From: an uncultured Spirochaetaceae bacterium
GTDB lineage: Bacteria; Spirochaetota; Spirochaetia; SZUA-6; DRHE01
DNA length: 64,000 bases
Assembly (NCBI GenBank): GCA_964490725.1
Contig: CAZBDU010000014.1
Span: forward strand, 8,866 to 72,865
Reading direction: 5' to 3'
In this document: positions 18,479 to 27,908 of the stretch, in pieces
Layout: the number at the start of each line of letters is the position of its first letter
Numbering within the stretch: the first letter of the stretch is position 1
Notes under the pieces: generated by a model
The model's input: only the letters and a program-made list of their open reading frames with translations
What the model was told of the DNA's origin: nothing
Database searches by the model: none
Position numbers and translations under genes: made by a program

Positions 18479-19594
18479 ATGGCGGTCAAGGATCCCGTCT
18501 GCGGCATGGAGATGACTCCCGAAGAGGCGATCTCCGAGGCGGAACATCAGGGCACCACGTTCTACTTCTGCTCGGAGGGGTGCCGTGACAGGTTCATGAA
18601 CGAGCATCCCTTTGACCGGCCCCGCCGCCGGTACGAGCTGGTCATCATCGGCGGGGGCCCGGCGGGGCTCACCGCGGCGGTGTATGCCGCCACCATGAAA
18701 ATCGACACATTGCTGGTCACCCGGGACATCGGGGGGCAGGCGGTGGACAGCACGAAGATCAAGAACTACATGGGCTACGACTTCATCACCGGTCCGGAGC
18801 TCACGGCCAGGTTTCGCGATCAGCTCCTGCACTCGAACTACGTGGATCACCTGCTCGGAGAGGTCGAGGTGGTGGAAGAGGCAGAGGAGGGCGGCTTCAC
18901 CGTCACGACCTCGGCCCTGGTCTCCTTTCACGCCGCCTGCGTGATCGTCGCCACCGGAATGACCAGGCGAACCCTCGGCGTGGCCGGCGAGGAGAAGTTC
19001 CAACGGCGGGGAGTATTCTACGGGAACGTGCAGGACTACTCCTTCGTGGCCGGCCGGGACGCCGTGGTCATCGGGGGCGGCAACTCCGCCCTGCAGCTCG
19101 TGGAGGACCTGCACACGGTGGCCCGCCGCATCACGCTGCTTTCGGATTTCGACCTCACCGCGGACGCAGGCCCGGTAGAGCAGGTGCGCCGCTACCGCAA
19201 CCTCACCGTCCGAGAGAACGTCAAGGTGCTGGAAATCTCCGGAGGGGAGGTGGTGGAGGAAGTGTCCTTCCGGGCCAGGGGCACGGACCGGGAAGAGCGC
19301 GAGCCCGCGCGAGGCGTATTCATCGCCATCGGGCTCAAGCCCAGCTCCGGGGTGGTGTCGTCCCTGGTGAAGTGCAACGATCGCGGTGAGATCGAGATCG
19401 ACGCCGACTGCTCCACCTCCAGACCGGGGATCTTCGCCGCGGGAGACGTCAGTACGGCTTTCGGCAAGAGGATCATCATCGCCTCCGGCGAAGGGGCCAA
19501 GGCGGCCCTGGCCGCTCGCCGGCACATTCTGGCTTTGAGGAAGGCATCCCCAGGCAGCGCAGCGGTCCCGGCGGGCGGCAGGGATTCGGTGTAG
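18479..19594 (+). CDS. YHS/TRASH domain fused to a thioredoxin-reductase-like FAD/NAD(P) oxidoreductase lacking the redox CxxC
   Basis: N-terminus MAVKDPVCGMEMTPEEAISEAEHQGTTFYFCSEGCRDRF. Then VIIGGGPAGLTAAVYA, GGGNSALQ and GIFAAGDV. Where TrxR has CATC, this protein has VFYGNVQDY. Confidence 0.85.
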   Translation: MAVKDPVCGMEMTPEEAISEAEHQGTTFYFCSEGCRDRFMNEHPFDRPRRRYELVIIGGGPAGLTAAVYAATMKIDTLLVTRDIGGQAVDSTKIKNYMGYDFITGPELTARFRDQLLHSNYVDHLLGEVEVVEEAEEGGFTVTTSALVSFHAACVIVATGMTRRTLGVAGEEKFQRRGVFYGNVQDYSFVAGRDAVVIGGGNSALQLVEDLHTVARRITLLSDFDLTADAGPVEQVRRYRNLTVRENVKVLEISGGEVVEEVSFRARGTDREEREPARGVFIAIGLKPSSGVVSSLVKCNDRGEIEIDADCSTSRPGIFAAGDVSTAFGKRIIIASGEGAKAALAARRHILALRKASPGSAAVPAGGRDSV

Positions 19595-19664
19595 TCGCTG
19601 CGGGGCTTGTCCGCATCGGAGCCTCGAGCTCCAGATGCCTCCAGATCCGAGGGAAAACTCGCCC

Positions 19665-19725
19665 TTGACTTCCAGAACAAGCGGGTCTATATTTCTAATA
19701 AGGATACCCCACGGGGGTGGGGTAT
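19665..19725 (+). promoter_or_regulatory. Promoter (TTGACT-N17-TATATT) plus operator copy S2 ATACCCCACGGGGGTGGGGTAT (19704-19725)
   Basis: Read directly. The operator starts 10 nt after the -10 box; ATG is at 19756. Confidence 0.75.
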
Positions 19726-19755
19726 CGAACGAGGCGGCGTGAACGGAGGACGAGG

Positions 19756-20262
19756 ATGGCCGAAGAGACGGGGATCGTGCTGAGCTCCACCGGCGGGAAG
19801 GCGCGGATACGGCTGAATCGCAAGTCCGAGTGCAGCACCTGCGGCGGCTGCTTTTTCAGCAAGACCGAGCGTTTCATGGTCGCGGAAGTGGAAGACACCC
19901 TGGGCGTACAGCCGGGGGACAGCGTCATGATCGCCAACCGGACCAGCGCCACCAAGGCGGGGTTCCTGCTGTACGTGCTGCCTCTGTTCGTGCTGGTAGG
20001 GGGCTACGCCGCAGGGACGGCGGTTGCGGGCGCCCTGGGCGCCACCGGGACCGACGGCTGGGGAATAGCGGCCGGATTCGTGCTGATGGCGCTGGGGTAC
20101 TTCGTGCTCTACCGGGCCCAGAAGAGGGCCGCCCGCAGGGGACCGGGCCCCATGAGGCTCGTCCGTTTGGTGAGCGGGGCGGCTCAGCGGCGCCCAAACC
20201 GGGCAGAGGCGCCGGGGAAGAGAGGCCGCGGCGAAGCGCAGGCTTCCGAAGCGGGATCATGA
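19756..20262 (+). CDS. RseC/MucC-family (SoxR-reducing-system-like) membrane protein
   Basis: Cys cluster SECSTCGGC in the N-terminal beta domain followed by two TM helices (GFLLYVLPLFVLVGGYAAG, GIAAGFVLMALGYFVLY). Same architecture as E. coli RseC. Confidence 0.7.
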   Translation: MAEETGIVLSSTGGKARIRLNRKSECSTCGGCFFSKTERFMVAEVEDTLGVQPGDSVMIANRTSATKAGFLLYVLPLFVLVGGYAAGTAVAGALGATGTDGWGIAAGFVLMALGYFVLYRAQKRAARRGPGPMRLVRLVSGAAQRRPNRAEAPGKRGRGEAQASEAGS

Positions 20263-20281
20263 GGAGCATTGGGAGGATTGC

Positions 20282-20635
20282 ATGGACGACGGAATTCACG
20301 TGCTGACGAAGAGCGCGGCGATTGCGGTGCCGCAGTCAGTGGAAGGGCAACGGAGCCTGCTGGAGGCCGCTTCCGGCATCGAAGGAGTGCAGGAGTCGCA
20401 CCTGGCGAAGGGCGAGCTGGTGGTTTCCTACGTAGCGGAGGCGGTCAGTCTCAGGATCGTGGAAGCCGAGCTGCAGAACCGGGGCTTCGAGCTCCGCCCC
20501 GTTCCCGCGAAGCGCAAGGGGTTTTTCGCCCGCTTTCTGGAGCGGACGGCGGAGAGCAACTACAGGTCCTTCGGGAGCGAGCCGCTGGACTGCTGCACGC
20601 TGCATCAGAAGAAGGCCCCGCAGCAGCGCTCCTGA
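20282..20635 (+). CDS. Hypothetical protein with an HMA-like fold lacking CxxC and a C-terminal ..GSEPLDCC motif
   Basis: GGGAGG SD. Pattern ..GIEGVQESHLAKGELVVSY..IVEAELQNRGFEL resembles a ferredoxin-like HMA fold. The only cysteines are the C-terminal CC pair. Confidence 0.5.
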   Translation: MDDGIHVLTKSAAIAVPQSVEGQRSLLEAASGIEGVQESHLAKGELVVSYVAEAVSLRIVEAELQNRGFELRPVPAKRKGFFARFLERTAESNYRSFGSEPLDCCTLHQKKAPQQRS

Positions 20636-20752
20636 GGGGCGGCAAGCGGTTTCGTTGGGCGCCTGCGGCCGCAGGGCTTGAGGTCCTCCCGGGTCCGCAG
20701 GCCGATTGAAGACGGGGTCCGAGAGAGGATAGGAACGGTGAAGCAGGCGGTG

Positions 20753-21496
20753 ATGACCGGCGCGTTCCAGCGCAGGGTTGCCCGGAAGAGCTGTCCGGCG
20801 TGCGGCGCCCGGATTCCGGGCCCCGGGTACACGCAGCACGGAGTGACCTACTGCTGCGAGAAGTGCTACTTCCGCGACCGGTTCCTGGGCGATGCGGTCA
20901 GGCACATCGAGGGCGCGTACCTGGCCACTATCGAAGCGTTGGTGGAAGCGATCGACGCGCGGGAGCACGAGGTGGGGAGCCACTCGTTCCGGGTCACGCA
21001 GTTCGCCATGGTGCTGGCGAGGCGGATGCGGATCAGCGGCAGGTCGCTGGTGACCATCTACTGCGGGTCTTTGCTGCACGACATCGGCAAGATCGGCATT
21101 CCCGACGCGATTCTCCACAAGCCCGCTGCCCTGAGCCGGGAGGAAGAGGCGGTCATGCACACCCACCCGGAGATCGGGTACCGGATCATCGGGCACATCG
21201 GCTACCTGGCCGGGGCGGCCGAGATCATACGTACCCACCACGAGCACTTCGACGGCTCCGGGTACCCCCGGGGGCTGCGAGCCGCGCAGATTCCCCTGGG
21301 AGCCCGCATTTTTGCGGCCTGCGACACCCTGGATGCGCTGACGGTGGACCGCCCGTACCGAACGGCCGAGCCCTTTCGCGCCGCCCTGGCGTACGTGCAG
21401 TCGGCCGCGGGGACGTTGTTCGATCCCGAGGTAGCGGCGGAGATGGCGGCGGCCCAGGAGGAGATGTCGCCCTATGTGGGCCGAATCATGCTCTGA
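20753..21496 (+). CDS. HD-GYP phosphodiesterase with an N-terminal Cys-rich TRASH/YHS-like module
   Basis: N-terminus SCPACGARIPGPGYTQHGVTYCCEKCYFRDRF. Then HSFRVTQFA..LLHDIGKIGIPD..HHEHFDGSGYPRGL (HD and GYP motifs). Confidence 0.85.
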   Translation: MTGAFQRRVARKSCPACGARIPGPGYTQHGVTYCCEKCYFRDRFLGDAVRHIEGAYLATIEALVEAIDAREHEVGSHSFRVTQFAMVLARRMRISGRSLVTIYCGSLLHDIGKIGIPDAILHKPAALSREEEAVMHTHPEIGYRIIGHIGYLAGAAEIIRTHHEHFDGSGYPRGLRAAQIPLGARIFAACDTLDALTVDRPYRTAEPFRAALAYVQSAAGTLFDPEVAAEMAAAQEEMSPYVGRIML

Positions 21497-21605
21497 AGCC
21501 TGCCTGCCCGCGCCGCTCCCGGGAGGCGGGGCAGCGCCTGGCTGCCGGCATCCCAGGGCGTTCGCGAACGCTGTCTATCTCTACAGAGGAAGGAGGTGAT
21601 GATTC

Positions 21606-21749
21606 GTGACGCAGGATCCGGTCTGCAAGATGCAGGTGGACGAGGAGAAGGCCGCCGCCAAAGCGGAGCACATGGGCAAGACCTACTACTTCTGCTCCGA
21701 AGGGTGCAAGAAGGCCTTCGAGGCGGACCCCCACAAGTACATGCACTGA
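21606..21749 (+). CDS. Stand-alone YHS/TRASH domain protein (47 aa; below the ORF-track size cutoff)
   Basis: GGAGG lies 9 nt upstream of GTG 21606. Translation is VTQDPVCKMQVDEEKAAAKAEHMGKTYYFCSEGCKKAFEADPHKYMH, ending at the stop codon. Confidence 0.7.
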   Translation: MTQDPVCKMQVDEEKAAAKAEHMGKTYYFCSEGCKKAFEADPHKYMH

Positions 21750-22126
21750 GTGCATCGTGCGTGAACGGGGCAGGGGAGGAGCGGTGAGGCTGCGGCGCTG
21801 CACCGGCAGCGGCCGCGCCCGCCCTCCTTTCCTGGCGAGTACGGCTGGCGGTCCGGCGATCGGCCTCGAAGGAGGCCGCGACAGGAGGACAGCGGATAAG
21901 AGGCGCAAGGTTCCAGCGGGACCCGGCATGCGGCCGGCGGATGAACCGCAACAGGGTCCTGTGCCGCGATCCGCTGCGGCCGGCGGGAGGTGCTTCTGTG
22001 CTGCCCCTTGTGCCAGGCGGAGTTCGAGGCGGATCAGCGGCGCTTCCTCGCGGAAGCCCGGCGGCCTGGCGGGACCCCCTTCGGGCGGCGGAGGAAGCTG
22101 CCGTACGGTGGAGCACGAGTGGAGTG

Positions 22127-23992
22127 ATGAAGACGGACCAACAGAACAAACGTTCTTTTCAGATAGGGGCCGTGGTGATGCTGTTTGTGGGCCTCATGGC
22201 CTTCCAGTGGCTGGCCCAGCAGAGCCAGACGACGCAGCTCGCCTACAGCGAGTTCAAGCGCTACCTGGCTGACGGCAAGATTCGGGAGGTGGTCATCTCG
22301 CCGGCGGAGATCCGGGGCAAGCTGGTGATGCCCGGCGGCGAGGCGGGACAGGCATTTCGCACCAACCGGGTGGAGGACCCCGGGCTGGTGCAGGAGCTTC
22401 AGGACAGAGGCGTGAAGTTCTCCGGAGCTCCCGACCGGTCGTTTCTTGGAGGGCTCCTGGGCTGGATCCTGCCGGTGGCCGCCTTGCTTCTGGTGTGGAG
22501 GTTCATGATGCGGCGGATGGGGGATGCCGGCAAGGGAATGCTCGGCAACGTGGGGCAGAGCAAAGCACGCCTGGTGGCCGAAGCCTCCGCCTCGAAGACC
22601 ATTTTCGCCGACGTGGCGGGGATCGACGAGTCCCGGGAGGAGCTTGAGGAGGTCGTGGAGTTCCTGCGCAACCCTCGCAAGTTCCAGCAGCTGGGCGGCA
22701 GAATTCCCAAGGGTGTGCTGCTGGTGGGTGCGCCGGGCACGGGCAAGACCCTTCTGGCCAGAGCGGTTGCCGGCGAGGCGGGGGTGCCCTTCTTCAACAT
22801 CTCGGGAAGCGAGTTCGTGGAGATGTTCGTGGGCGTGGGCGCCGCCAGGGTTCGTGACCTGTTCAAGCAGGCGGCCACCCGAAGCCCCTGCATCGTGTTC
22901 ATCGACGAGCTGGATGCCCTCGGCAAGGCGCGGGGGTTCAACCACTTCGGCGGGCACGACGAGCGGGAGCAGACGCTGAACCAGCTGCTGGTGGAGATGG
23001 ACGGGTTCGACGCCCGCAGCGGCGTGATCATCATAGCAGCCACGAACCGGCCGGAGATCCTGGATCCTGCGCTGCTGCGTCCCGGTCGATTCGACCGCCA
23101 GGTGGCGGTGGACCGACCGGATGTCGTCGGGCGCGAGGCCATCCTGGCCATCCACGCCCGCAAGATCAAGCTGGCTCCCAAGGTGAACCTGCGGACCCTG
23201 GCGGCGCAGACGCCAGGATTCGTCGGCGCGGACCTGGCGAACATCGTCAACGAGGCGGCGCTGCTGGCGGCGCGGCGGGACAAGAAGCAGGTCGGCATGG
23301 CCGAGCTGGAGGAGGCCATCGAGCGAGTGGTGGCGGGGCTTGAGAAGAAGAACAGACTCATCGGCGCCGAGGAGAAGCGGGTCGTGGCCTACCACGAGGC
23401 CGGACATGCAGTGACCAGCGCGCTTCTGCCTCACGCGGATCCGGTGCACCGCATCTCGATCGTGCCGCGGGGCGTGGCCAGCCTCGGTCACACGATGCAG
23501 CTGCCCACCGAGGAGCGCTACCTGATGAGCAAGAGCCAGCTGGAAGACCAGCTGGCGGTGCTGCTGGGCGGGCGTGCCGCGGAGGAGCTTGCCTGCGGAG
23601 AGATCACCACCGGGGCGCAGAGCGACCTTGCCCAGGCCACGGCGATCGCCCGGGCGATGGTGGAGGAGTACGGCATGAGCGAGCGGATGGGGCTGGCCAG
23701 CTACCAGCACCAGGGAAGCCCCTTTCTGACGGGCGGGGGAGGCATGGCCGGCGAAAAGGAGTACTCCGACAGGGTGGCCGGGGAAATCGATGAGGAAGTG
23801 AAGGGTATCCTGGACCGGGCGCGGGCCAGAGCCCAAGGCATCCTGGTGGACCACCGGGAGCTGCTGGAGGGCGTGGCCTCCAGGCTGCTGGAACGGGAGG
23901 TGCTGAGCGGGGAGGAGCTTGGCCGCCTGGTGGGCCAGGAGCGCCGGGCGGCGGCGGTGGCCGGGTCAAGGCAGGGCCCGCCGAAGGCCTAG
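22127..23992 (+). CDS. ftsH: ATP-dependent zinc metalloprotease FtsH
   Basis: Two N-terminal TM segments, Walker [20 protein letters not shown], the SRH region and HEAGHAV zinc motif. I take the start at [10 protein letters not shown]. Confidence 0.95.
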   Translation: MKTDQQNKRSFQIGAVVMLFVGLMAFQWLAQQSQTTQLAYSEFKRYLADGKIREVVISPAEIRGKLVMPGGEAGQAFRTNRVEDPGLVQELQDRGVKFSGAPDRSFLGGLLGWILPVAALLLVWRFMMRRMGDAGKGMLGNVGQSKARLVAEASASKTIFADVAGIDESREELEEVVEFLRNPRKFQQLGGRIPKGVLLVGAPGTGKTLLARAVAGEAGVPFFNISGSEFVEMFVGVGAARVRDLFKQAATRSPCIVFIDELDALGKARGFNHFGGHDEREQTLNQLLVEMDGFDARSGVIIIAATNRPEILDPALLRPGRFDRQVAVDRPDVVGREAILAIHARKIKLAPKVNLRTLAAQTPGFVGADLANIVNEAALLAARRDKKQVGMAELEEAIERVVAGLEKKNRLIGAEEKRVVAYHEAGHAVTSALLPHADPVHRISIVPRGVASLGHTMQLPTEERYLMSKSQLEDQLAVLLGGRAAEELACGEITTGAQSDLAQATAIARAMVEEYGMSERMGLASYQHQGSPFLTGGGGMAGEKEYSDRVAGEIDEEVKGILDRARARAQGILVDHRELLEGVASRLLEREVLSGEELGRLVGQERRAAAVAGSRQGPPKA

Positions 23993-24005
23993 GAGGGTGG
24001 AGTCC

Positions 24006-24707
24006 ATGGAGGAACGGATCAAGCACATCCTGAAGGAGCGCACGGCCGCCATCTACAGGCGACGGGCGCGGAACTACGATCTGACGGCAAACCTCTACTA
24101 CCTGCTGGGGTTTCGCGAATGGAGGCAGCGCCTGATGGCGGTCCGGGAGCTCGAGCTGAGGGACGGAGACACGGTCGTGGAGATCGGCTGCGGCACCGGG
24201 CTGAACTTCGCCCTCTTCCAGGAGAGAATCGGTCCCGGGGGGCGTATCATCGGCGTGGACCTGACCGCGGAGATGCTGCAGCAGGCCGCGGAGAGGGTGG
24301 AGCGGCAAGGCTGGAGGAACGTCCAGCTCGTGCAGTCCGACGCCGCTTCCTACCGCCTTCCGGCCGCAGTGCAGGGCGTGTTCTCCAGCTACGCCCTTTC
24401 TCTGGTGCCCGAGTGCGGGTCGGTTGTCGAGGCCGCGGCGAGAAGCCTCGCTGCGGGCAGGCGCATGGTGGTGCTCGACCTGAAGGTCCCGGACGGCATG
24501 CCCGGGTGGCTGCTCGGCCTGGTGCTCCCCCTGGTGCGCCCCTTCGCCGTGACCGAGGAGTTCGTGCGGCTTCGCCCCTGGGAGACGATCCGCTGGGCGT
24601 TCCTGCGCAGTCTGGAGAGCGTGGCGGAGCACTCTCTGTACCTGGGCGTCGCCTACATCCTGCGCGGAGAGCGGAGTGTGCGGCCGGCGAGGGTTGGACC
24701 GGGCTGA
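24006..24707 (+). CDS. Class I SAM-dependent methyltransferase
   Basis: VVEIGCGTGLNFALF, followed by GVDLTAEML. Confidence 0.8.
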   Translation: MEERIKHILKERTAAIYRRRARNYDLTANLYYLLGFREWRQRLMAVRELELRDGDTVVEIGCGTGLNFALFQERIGPGGRIIGVDLTAEMLQQAAERVERQGWRNVQLVQSDAASYRLPAAVQGVFSSYALSLVPECGSVVEAAARSLAAGRRMVVLDLKVPDGMPGWLLGLVLPLVRPFAVTEEFVRLRPWETIRWAFLRSLESVAEHSLYLGVAYILRGERSVRPARVGPG

Positions 24708-24805
24708 AGGAGGCGCATCCCATGTTGAGGGAGCTCGCGAAGGTCCGGTAGACCCCGGGCGAGGGGTTTCGTCGCTGGTTCTGCGACGAGCACTTCGATC
24801 TGATC

Positions 24806-25303
24806 GTGTGGTACGAGGACGAGGCGCAGGCGGATGCGGGCCTGCCGACGGGCTTTCAGCTCTGCTACGACAAGACGGGGCAGGAGAGGGCTCTGACCTG
24901 GCGTCGCGGCGGGAGCCTCCCCCACGAGGCTGTCGATGCGGGCGAGGTTGCGGGCCGTGCGAGAATGGCGCCGGTGCTGTGCGACGGGGGGCAGCTCCAG
25001 GAGGAGGTCATCGAGACGTTTCGCGAACAGAGCTCGAACATGCACGCCCTCATCGTTACCCTGGTGTGCGCCGAAGGCGAAATTCCCGGAACCGACCTCT
25101 TCATACCCTTCAACGCCGTGGAGGCCAACCTGGACCGGCTTCCCCGCAAGGACGCGCCGGTCGCGCTCTATTGCCGAAGCGGCAGCATGAGCACGGCGGC
25201 GGCGCGGACGCTGGTCTCGCTGGGCTACAGCAACGTCATGGAGCTGGATGGGGGCTTCAACCCCTGGAAGCGAGCCGGCCTCCCGCTGGCACGGAATCGC
25301 TGA
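24806..25303 (+). CDS. Rhodanese-domain protein; the reading frame is open from 24752 and is in frame with a 9-codon mini-ORF at 24722 ending in TAG
   Basis: C-terminus APVALYCRSGSMSTAAARTLVSLGYSNVMELDGGFNPW shows the rhodanese active-site loop. The N-terminal part ..GFRRWFCDEHFDLIVWYEDE.. lies before the first candidate start (GTG 24806). Confidence 0.6.
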   Translation: MWYEDEAQADAGLPTGFQLCYDKTGQERALTWRRGGSLPHEAVDAGEVAGRARMAPVLCDGGQLQEEVIETFREQSSNMHALIVTLVCAEGEIPGTDLFIPFNAVEANLDRLPRKDAPVALYCRSGSMSTAAARTLVSLGYSNVMELDGGFNPWKRAGLPLARNR

Positions 25304-25377
25304 CGGATCGGGCCGGCGTCCACCCGGGCAGGTCGCAGGCGCGGGCCTCGACCTGTCGGGGGCCGGCCGGGCCTCTT

Positions 25378-25809
25378 TCAGCCGCACGCTTCGCCGCGAT
25401 CGGCCCGGGCGGGAGAGCCGGCGACTTCGATCGGAAGCTCTCGCACACGTTTCTCCTCATCTACACGAAACGCTTTGAGCTCCCCGGTTAGCAGGGAGTA
25501 GATCAGGTAGACGAAGCGGAGATCGTTGGCCCAGCTCAGGTCCTCCTGCGACATTCGCGCCGGGGTGGAGGGATGGCTGTGGTACACGCCGATGAGCTCC
25601 AGACCCGCTTCCCGCGCCCGGCCGAGCACGGCGAACTGCTCCTGCGGATCGAAGCGGAAGTGCTCCGGACTGCGGTCCAGGTTGCGCATGGGGAACATCG
25701 CCCGCACCTCGGCGCCGACGCCGGCCAGGTAGCCGCACACCTCCACCTCCGGTTCGGCCCGGGCGCTGCCGGCGATGCGGCTATGGATCTCCTCCGGCAG
25801 CCGGATCAC
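25378..25809 (-). CDS. JAMM/MPN+ metalloprotease (Mec+/HcyD/QbsD-like sulfur-carrier C-terminal hydrolase)
   Basis: EVCGYLAG...GVYHSHPSTPARMSQED gives the E...HxHx7Sx2D motif. GTG start overlaps the MoeB-like stop (GTGA). Confidence 0.85.
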   Translation of the reverse strand: MIRLPEEIHSRIAGSARAEPEVEVCGYLAGVGAEVRAMFPMRNLDRSPEHFRFDPQEQFAVLGRAREAGLELIGVYHSHPSTPARMSQEDLSWANDLRFVYLIYSLLTGELKAFRVDEEKRVRELPIEVAGSPARADRGEACG

Positions 25810-26645
25810 CGGTGCTCCTGAGCCGCCGGGGCCGCTGCCCTGTCCAGGTTCAGGTCGCAGGCGGGCTCCGCGTAGTCCTCGAGCGCTGTGATGGTGGGCC
25901 GCTCTCCGCACACGGCGCAGCCCGGATTTCGCCGCACCTCCACGCGTCGATGCTCCATGCTGAGGGCGTCCACGAACAGGATCCTGTTCACCAGCAGCTC
26001 GCCGATCGCCAGCAGGTACTTCAGGGTCTCCGCCGCCTGGATGGTGCCCAGCATTCCCGCCACGGCCCCCAGCACCCCCGCCTCGCTGCAGGTGGGCACG
26101 GCCCCGGGCGGGGGAGGGGACTCGAACACGCAGCGGTAGCAGGCGCTGCCCGGAACGTGGGTCATGGTCTGGCCGGCGAAGCGCAGGATCCCCGCCTGGG
26201 AGAATGGCTTGTCCAGGAGCACGCAGGCGTCGTTGACCAGGAACTTGGAGGCGAAGCTGTCGGTGCCCTCGACGATGAAGTCGTAGTCGCGAAACAGCTC
26301 CAGGGCGTTTTCGGCCGTGACCCGTTCGTCGTAGGCTCGAACGGAGACGTCCGGGTTGAGCTGCTGCAGCTTGGCGCGGGCGGACTCCACCTTGGGCTCG
26401 TCCAGGTCGGGGGTGAAGTGCAGGATCTGCCTCTGCAGGTTGCTCAGCTCCACTCGATCCGCGTCGGCGATTCCCAGGGTGCCGACCCCCGCCGCCGCCA
26501 GGTAGTAGGCGATGGGCGAGCCCAGCCCACCGGCGCCCACCACCAGAACCCGGGCGTTGAGCAGCTTCTCCTGCCCCTGGCCGCCGACCTGCGGCAGCAG
26601 AATGTGGCGGCTGTAGCGAACGATCTGCTCCTCTGTAAAGTTCAT
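25806..26645 (-). CDS. ThiF/MoeB/MoeZ-family E1-like adenylyltransferase (copy 1)
   Basis: MNFTEEQIVRYSRHILLPQVGGQGQEKL..VVGAGGLGSP, plus CYRC and CAVCG zinc motifs. Confidence 0.9.
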   Translation of the reverse strand: MNFTEEQIVRYSRHILLPQVGGQGQEKLLNARVLVVGAGGLGSPIAYYLAAAGVGTLGIADADRVELSNLQRQILHFTPDLDEPKVESARAKLQQLNPDVSVRAYDERVTAENALELFRDYDFIVEGTDSFASKFLVNDACVLLDKPFSQAGILRFAGQTMTHVPGSACYRCVFESPPPPGAVPTCSEAGVLGAVAGMLGTIQAAETLKYLLAIGELLVNRILFVDALSMEHRRVEVRRNPGCAVCGERPTITALEDYAEPACDLNLDRAAAPAAQEHR

Positions 26646-27904
26646 CTCTTCATCTCCTCGAGTCCATCTAGAGCCTGCCGGAAATCTTCGATGATGTCCT
26701 GGGGGTTCTCGATCCCCACCGAGATGCGGATCAGATCGTCGCTCACGCCGGCGCGGACCATCTCCTCCCGCGTGCAGTCGTGGTAGATCGTAGAGGCGGG
26801 ATGGATCACCAGCGTCTTGGCGTCCCCCAGGTTGGCCAGGTTGCTGGCCAGGCGCAGGCGGTCGATCAGGCGGAAGCAGCGCTCCCGCGAGCCCAGCCGT
26901 GCGGTGAGCAGCGCCCCGTAGCGGCCGCCGAGCTGGCGGGTGGCGGCCTCAAAGCCGCGATCGCCCTTGAGCCCGGGGTAGCGCACGGCCTCTACCCCGG
27001 GATGCGACTGCAGGAACTCCGCCAGGGCCAGCGCGTTGCTGCAGTGGCGCTCCATGCGGAGAGCCAGCGTCTCCAACCCCAGGCAGTGCAGGTAGGCGTT
27101 GAACGGCGAGAGAATGCTCCCCGTATGCTGAACCACCAGCCGTCGGGCCAGGCTGAGGAAGGCCATCTCCGCGCCCACCCGGCCGGCGGCGACCTGTAGC
27201 TCCGGGTTTTGGACAGCCGACCAGTCGAACAGCCCCGTGTCCACCAGCACTCCGCCGATGCTGTTCCCGGAGCCGCTGATGTACTTCGTGGAGGAGTGCA
27301 CCACCAGGCTGGCGCCGTGCTCCCGGGCCGGGCTCAGGTAGGGCGTGGTGAGGGTGCTGTCCACCACTACCGGCACCCGTCGCCGGGAAGCGAGGGCGGC
27401 GATACGCCCCAGATCCGGTACGTCCAGCCCAGGGTTGCCCAGGCTCTCCACGAACACGAGCCGCGTACGTTCCGACAGCGCGGCCTCCAGGGCCGGCAGG
27501 TCCAGCGGGTCCACGTAGCGGGTGTGCACCCCGTAGCGGCGGAACAGGCGGTTGAGGAGGGTCAGGGTCCCGCCGAACAGACCGGGGCTGGAGACCACCT
27601 CCTCACCGGGGCCGCACAGGGCCAGCAGCACGGTGGTTATGGCCGCCATGCCGGAGGCGGTGGCCACCGCGCCGATCCCTCCCTCCAGCGCGGCCATGCG
27701 GCGTTCGAAGGCGGCCACCGTGGGGTTTGAGATGCGCGAGTAGACATGGCCGTAGCTTCTGCCCTCGAACACCTCCGCCAGCTCCTGGGCGGTCTCGTAG
27801 GCGAAGGCGGCGGTCTGGTAGATGGGGACCGAGGTGGCCCCGCCATGCTCGGCCGGTTCGAAGCCGCTGTGAATCGCTCTGGTCTCGAAGCGCCAGTCCT
27901 GCAC
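26642..27904 (-). CDS. metY: O-acetylhomoserine (thiol)-lyase / sulfhydrylase, PLP-dependent
   Basis: ..FETRAIHSG..YSRISNPT..HSSTKYISGSG. I chose GTG 27904 because GGAGG lies 9 nt upstream and this start avoids overlap with the ThiS-like ORF. Confidence 0.9.
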   Translation of the reverse strand: MQDWRFETRAIHSGFEPAEHGGATSVPIYQTAAFAYETAQELAEVFEGRSYGHVYSRISNPTVAAFERRMAALEGGIGAVATASGMAAITTVLLALCGPGEEVVSSPGLFGGTLTLLNRLFRRYGVHTRYVDPLDLPALEAALSERTRLVFVESLGNPGLDVPDLGRIAALASRRRVPVVVDSTLTTPYLSPAREHGASLVVHSSTKYISGSGNSIGGVLVDTGLFDWSAVQNPELQVAAGRVGAEMAFLSLARRLVVQHTGSILSPFNAYLHCLGLETLALRMERHCSNALALAEFLQSHPGVEAVRYPGLKGDRGFEAATRQLGGRYGALLTARLGSRERCFRLIDRLRLASNLANLGDAKTLVIHPASTIYHDCTREEMVRAGVSDDLIRISVGIENPQDIIEDFRQALDGLEEMKR

Positions 27905-27908
27905 CCGG

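Noticed and set aside
21941-22126. An N-terminally extended FtsH starting at ATG 21941.
   Set aside because: The extension (MNRNRVLCRDPLRPAGGASVLPLVPGG...) is not protein-like and has lower third-position G+C than the overlapping frame. The canonical FtsH N-terminus with its TM segment starts at [10 protein letters not shown] (22127).
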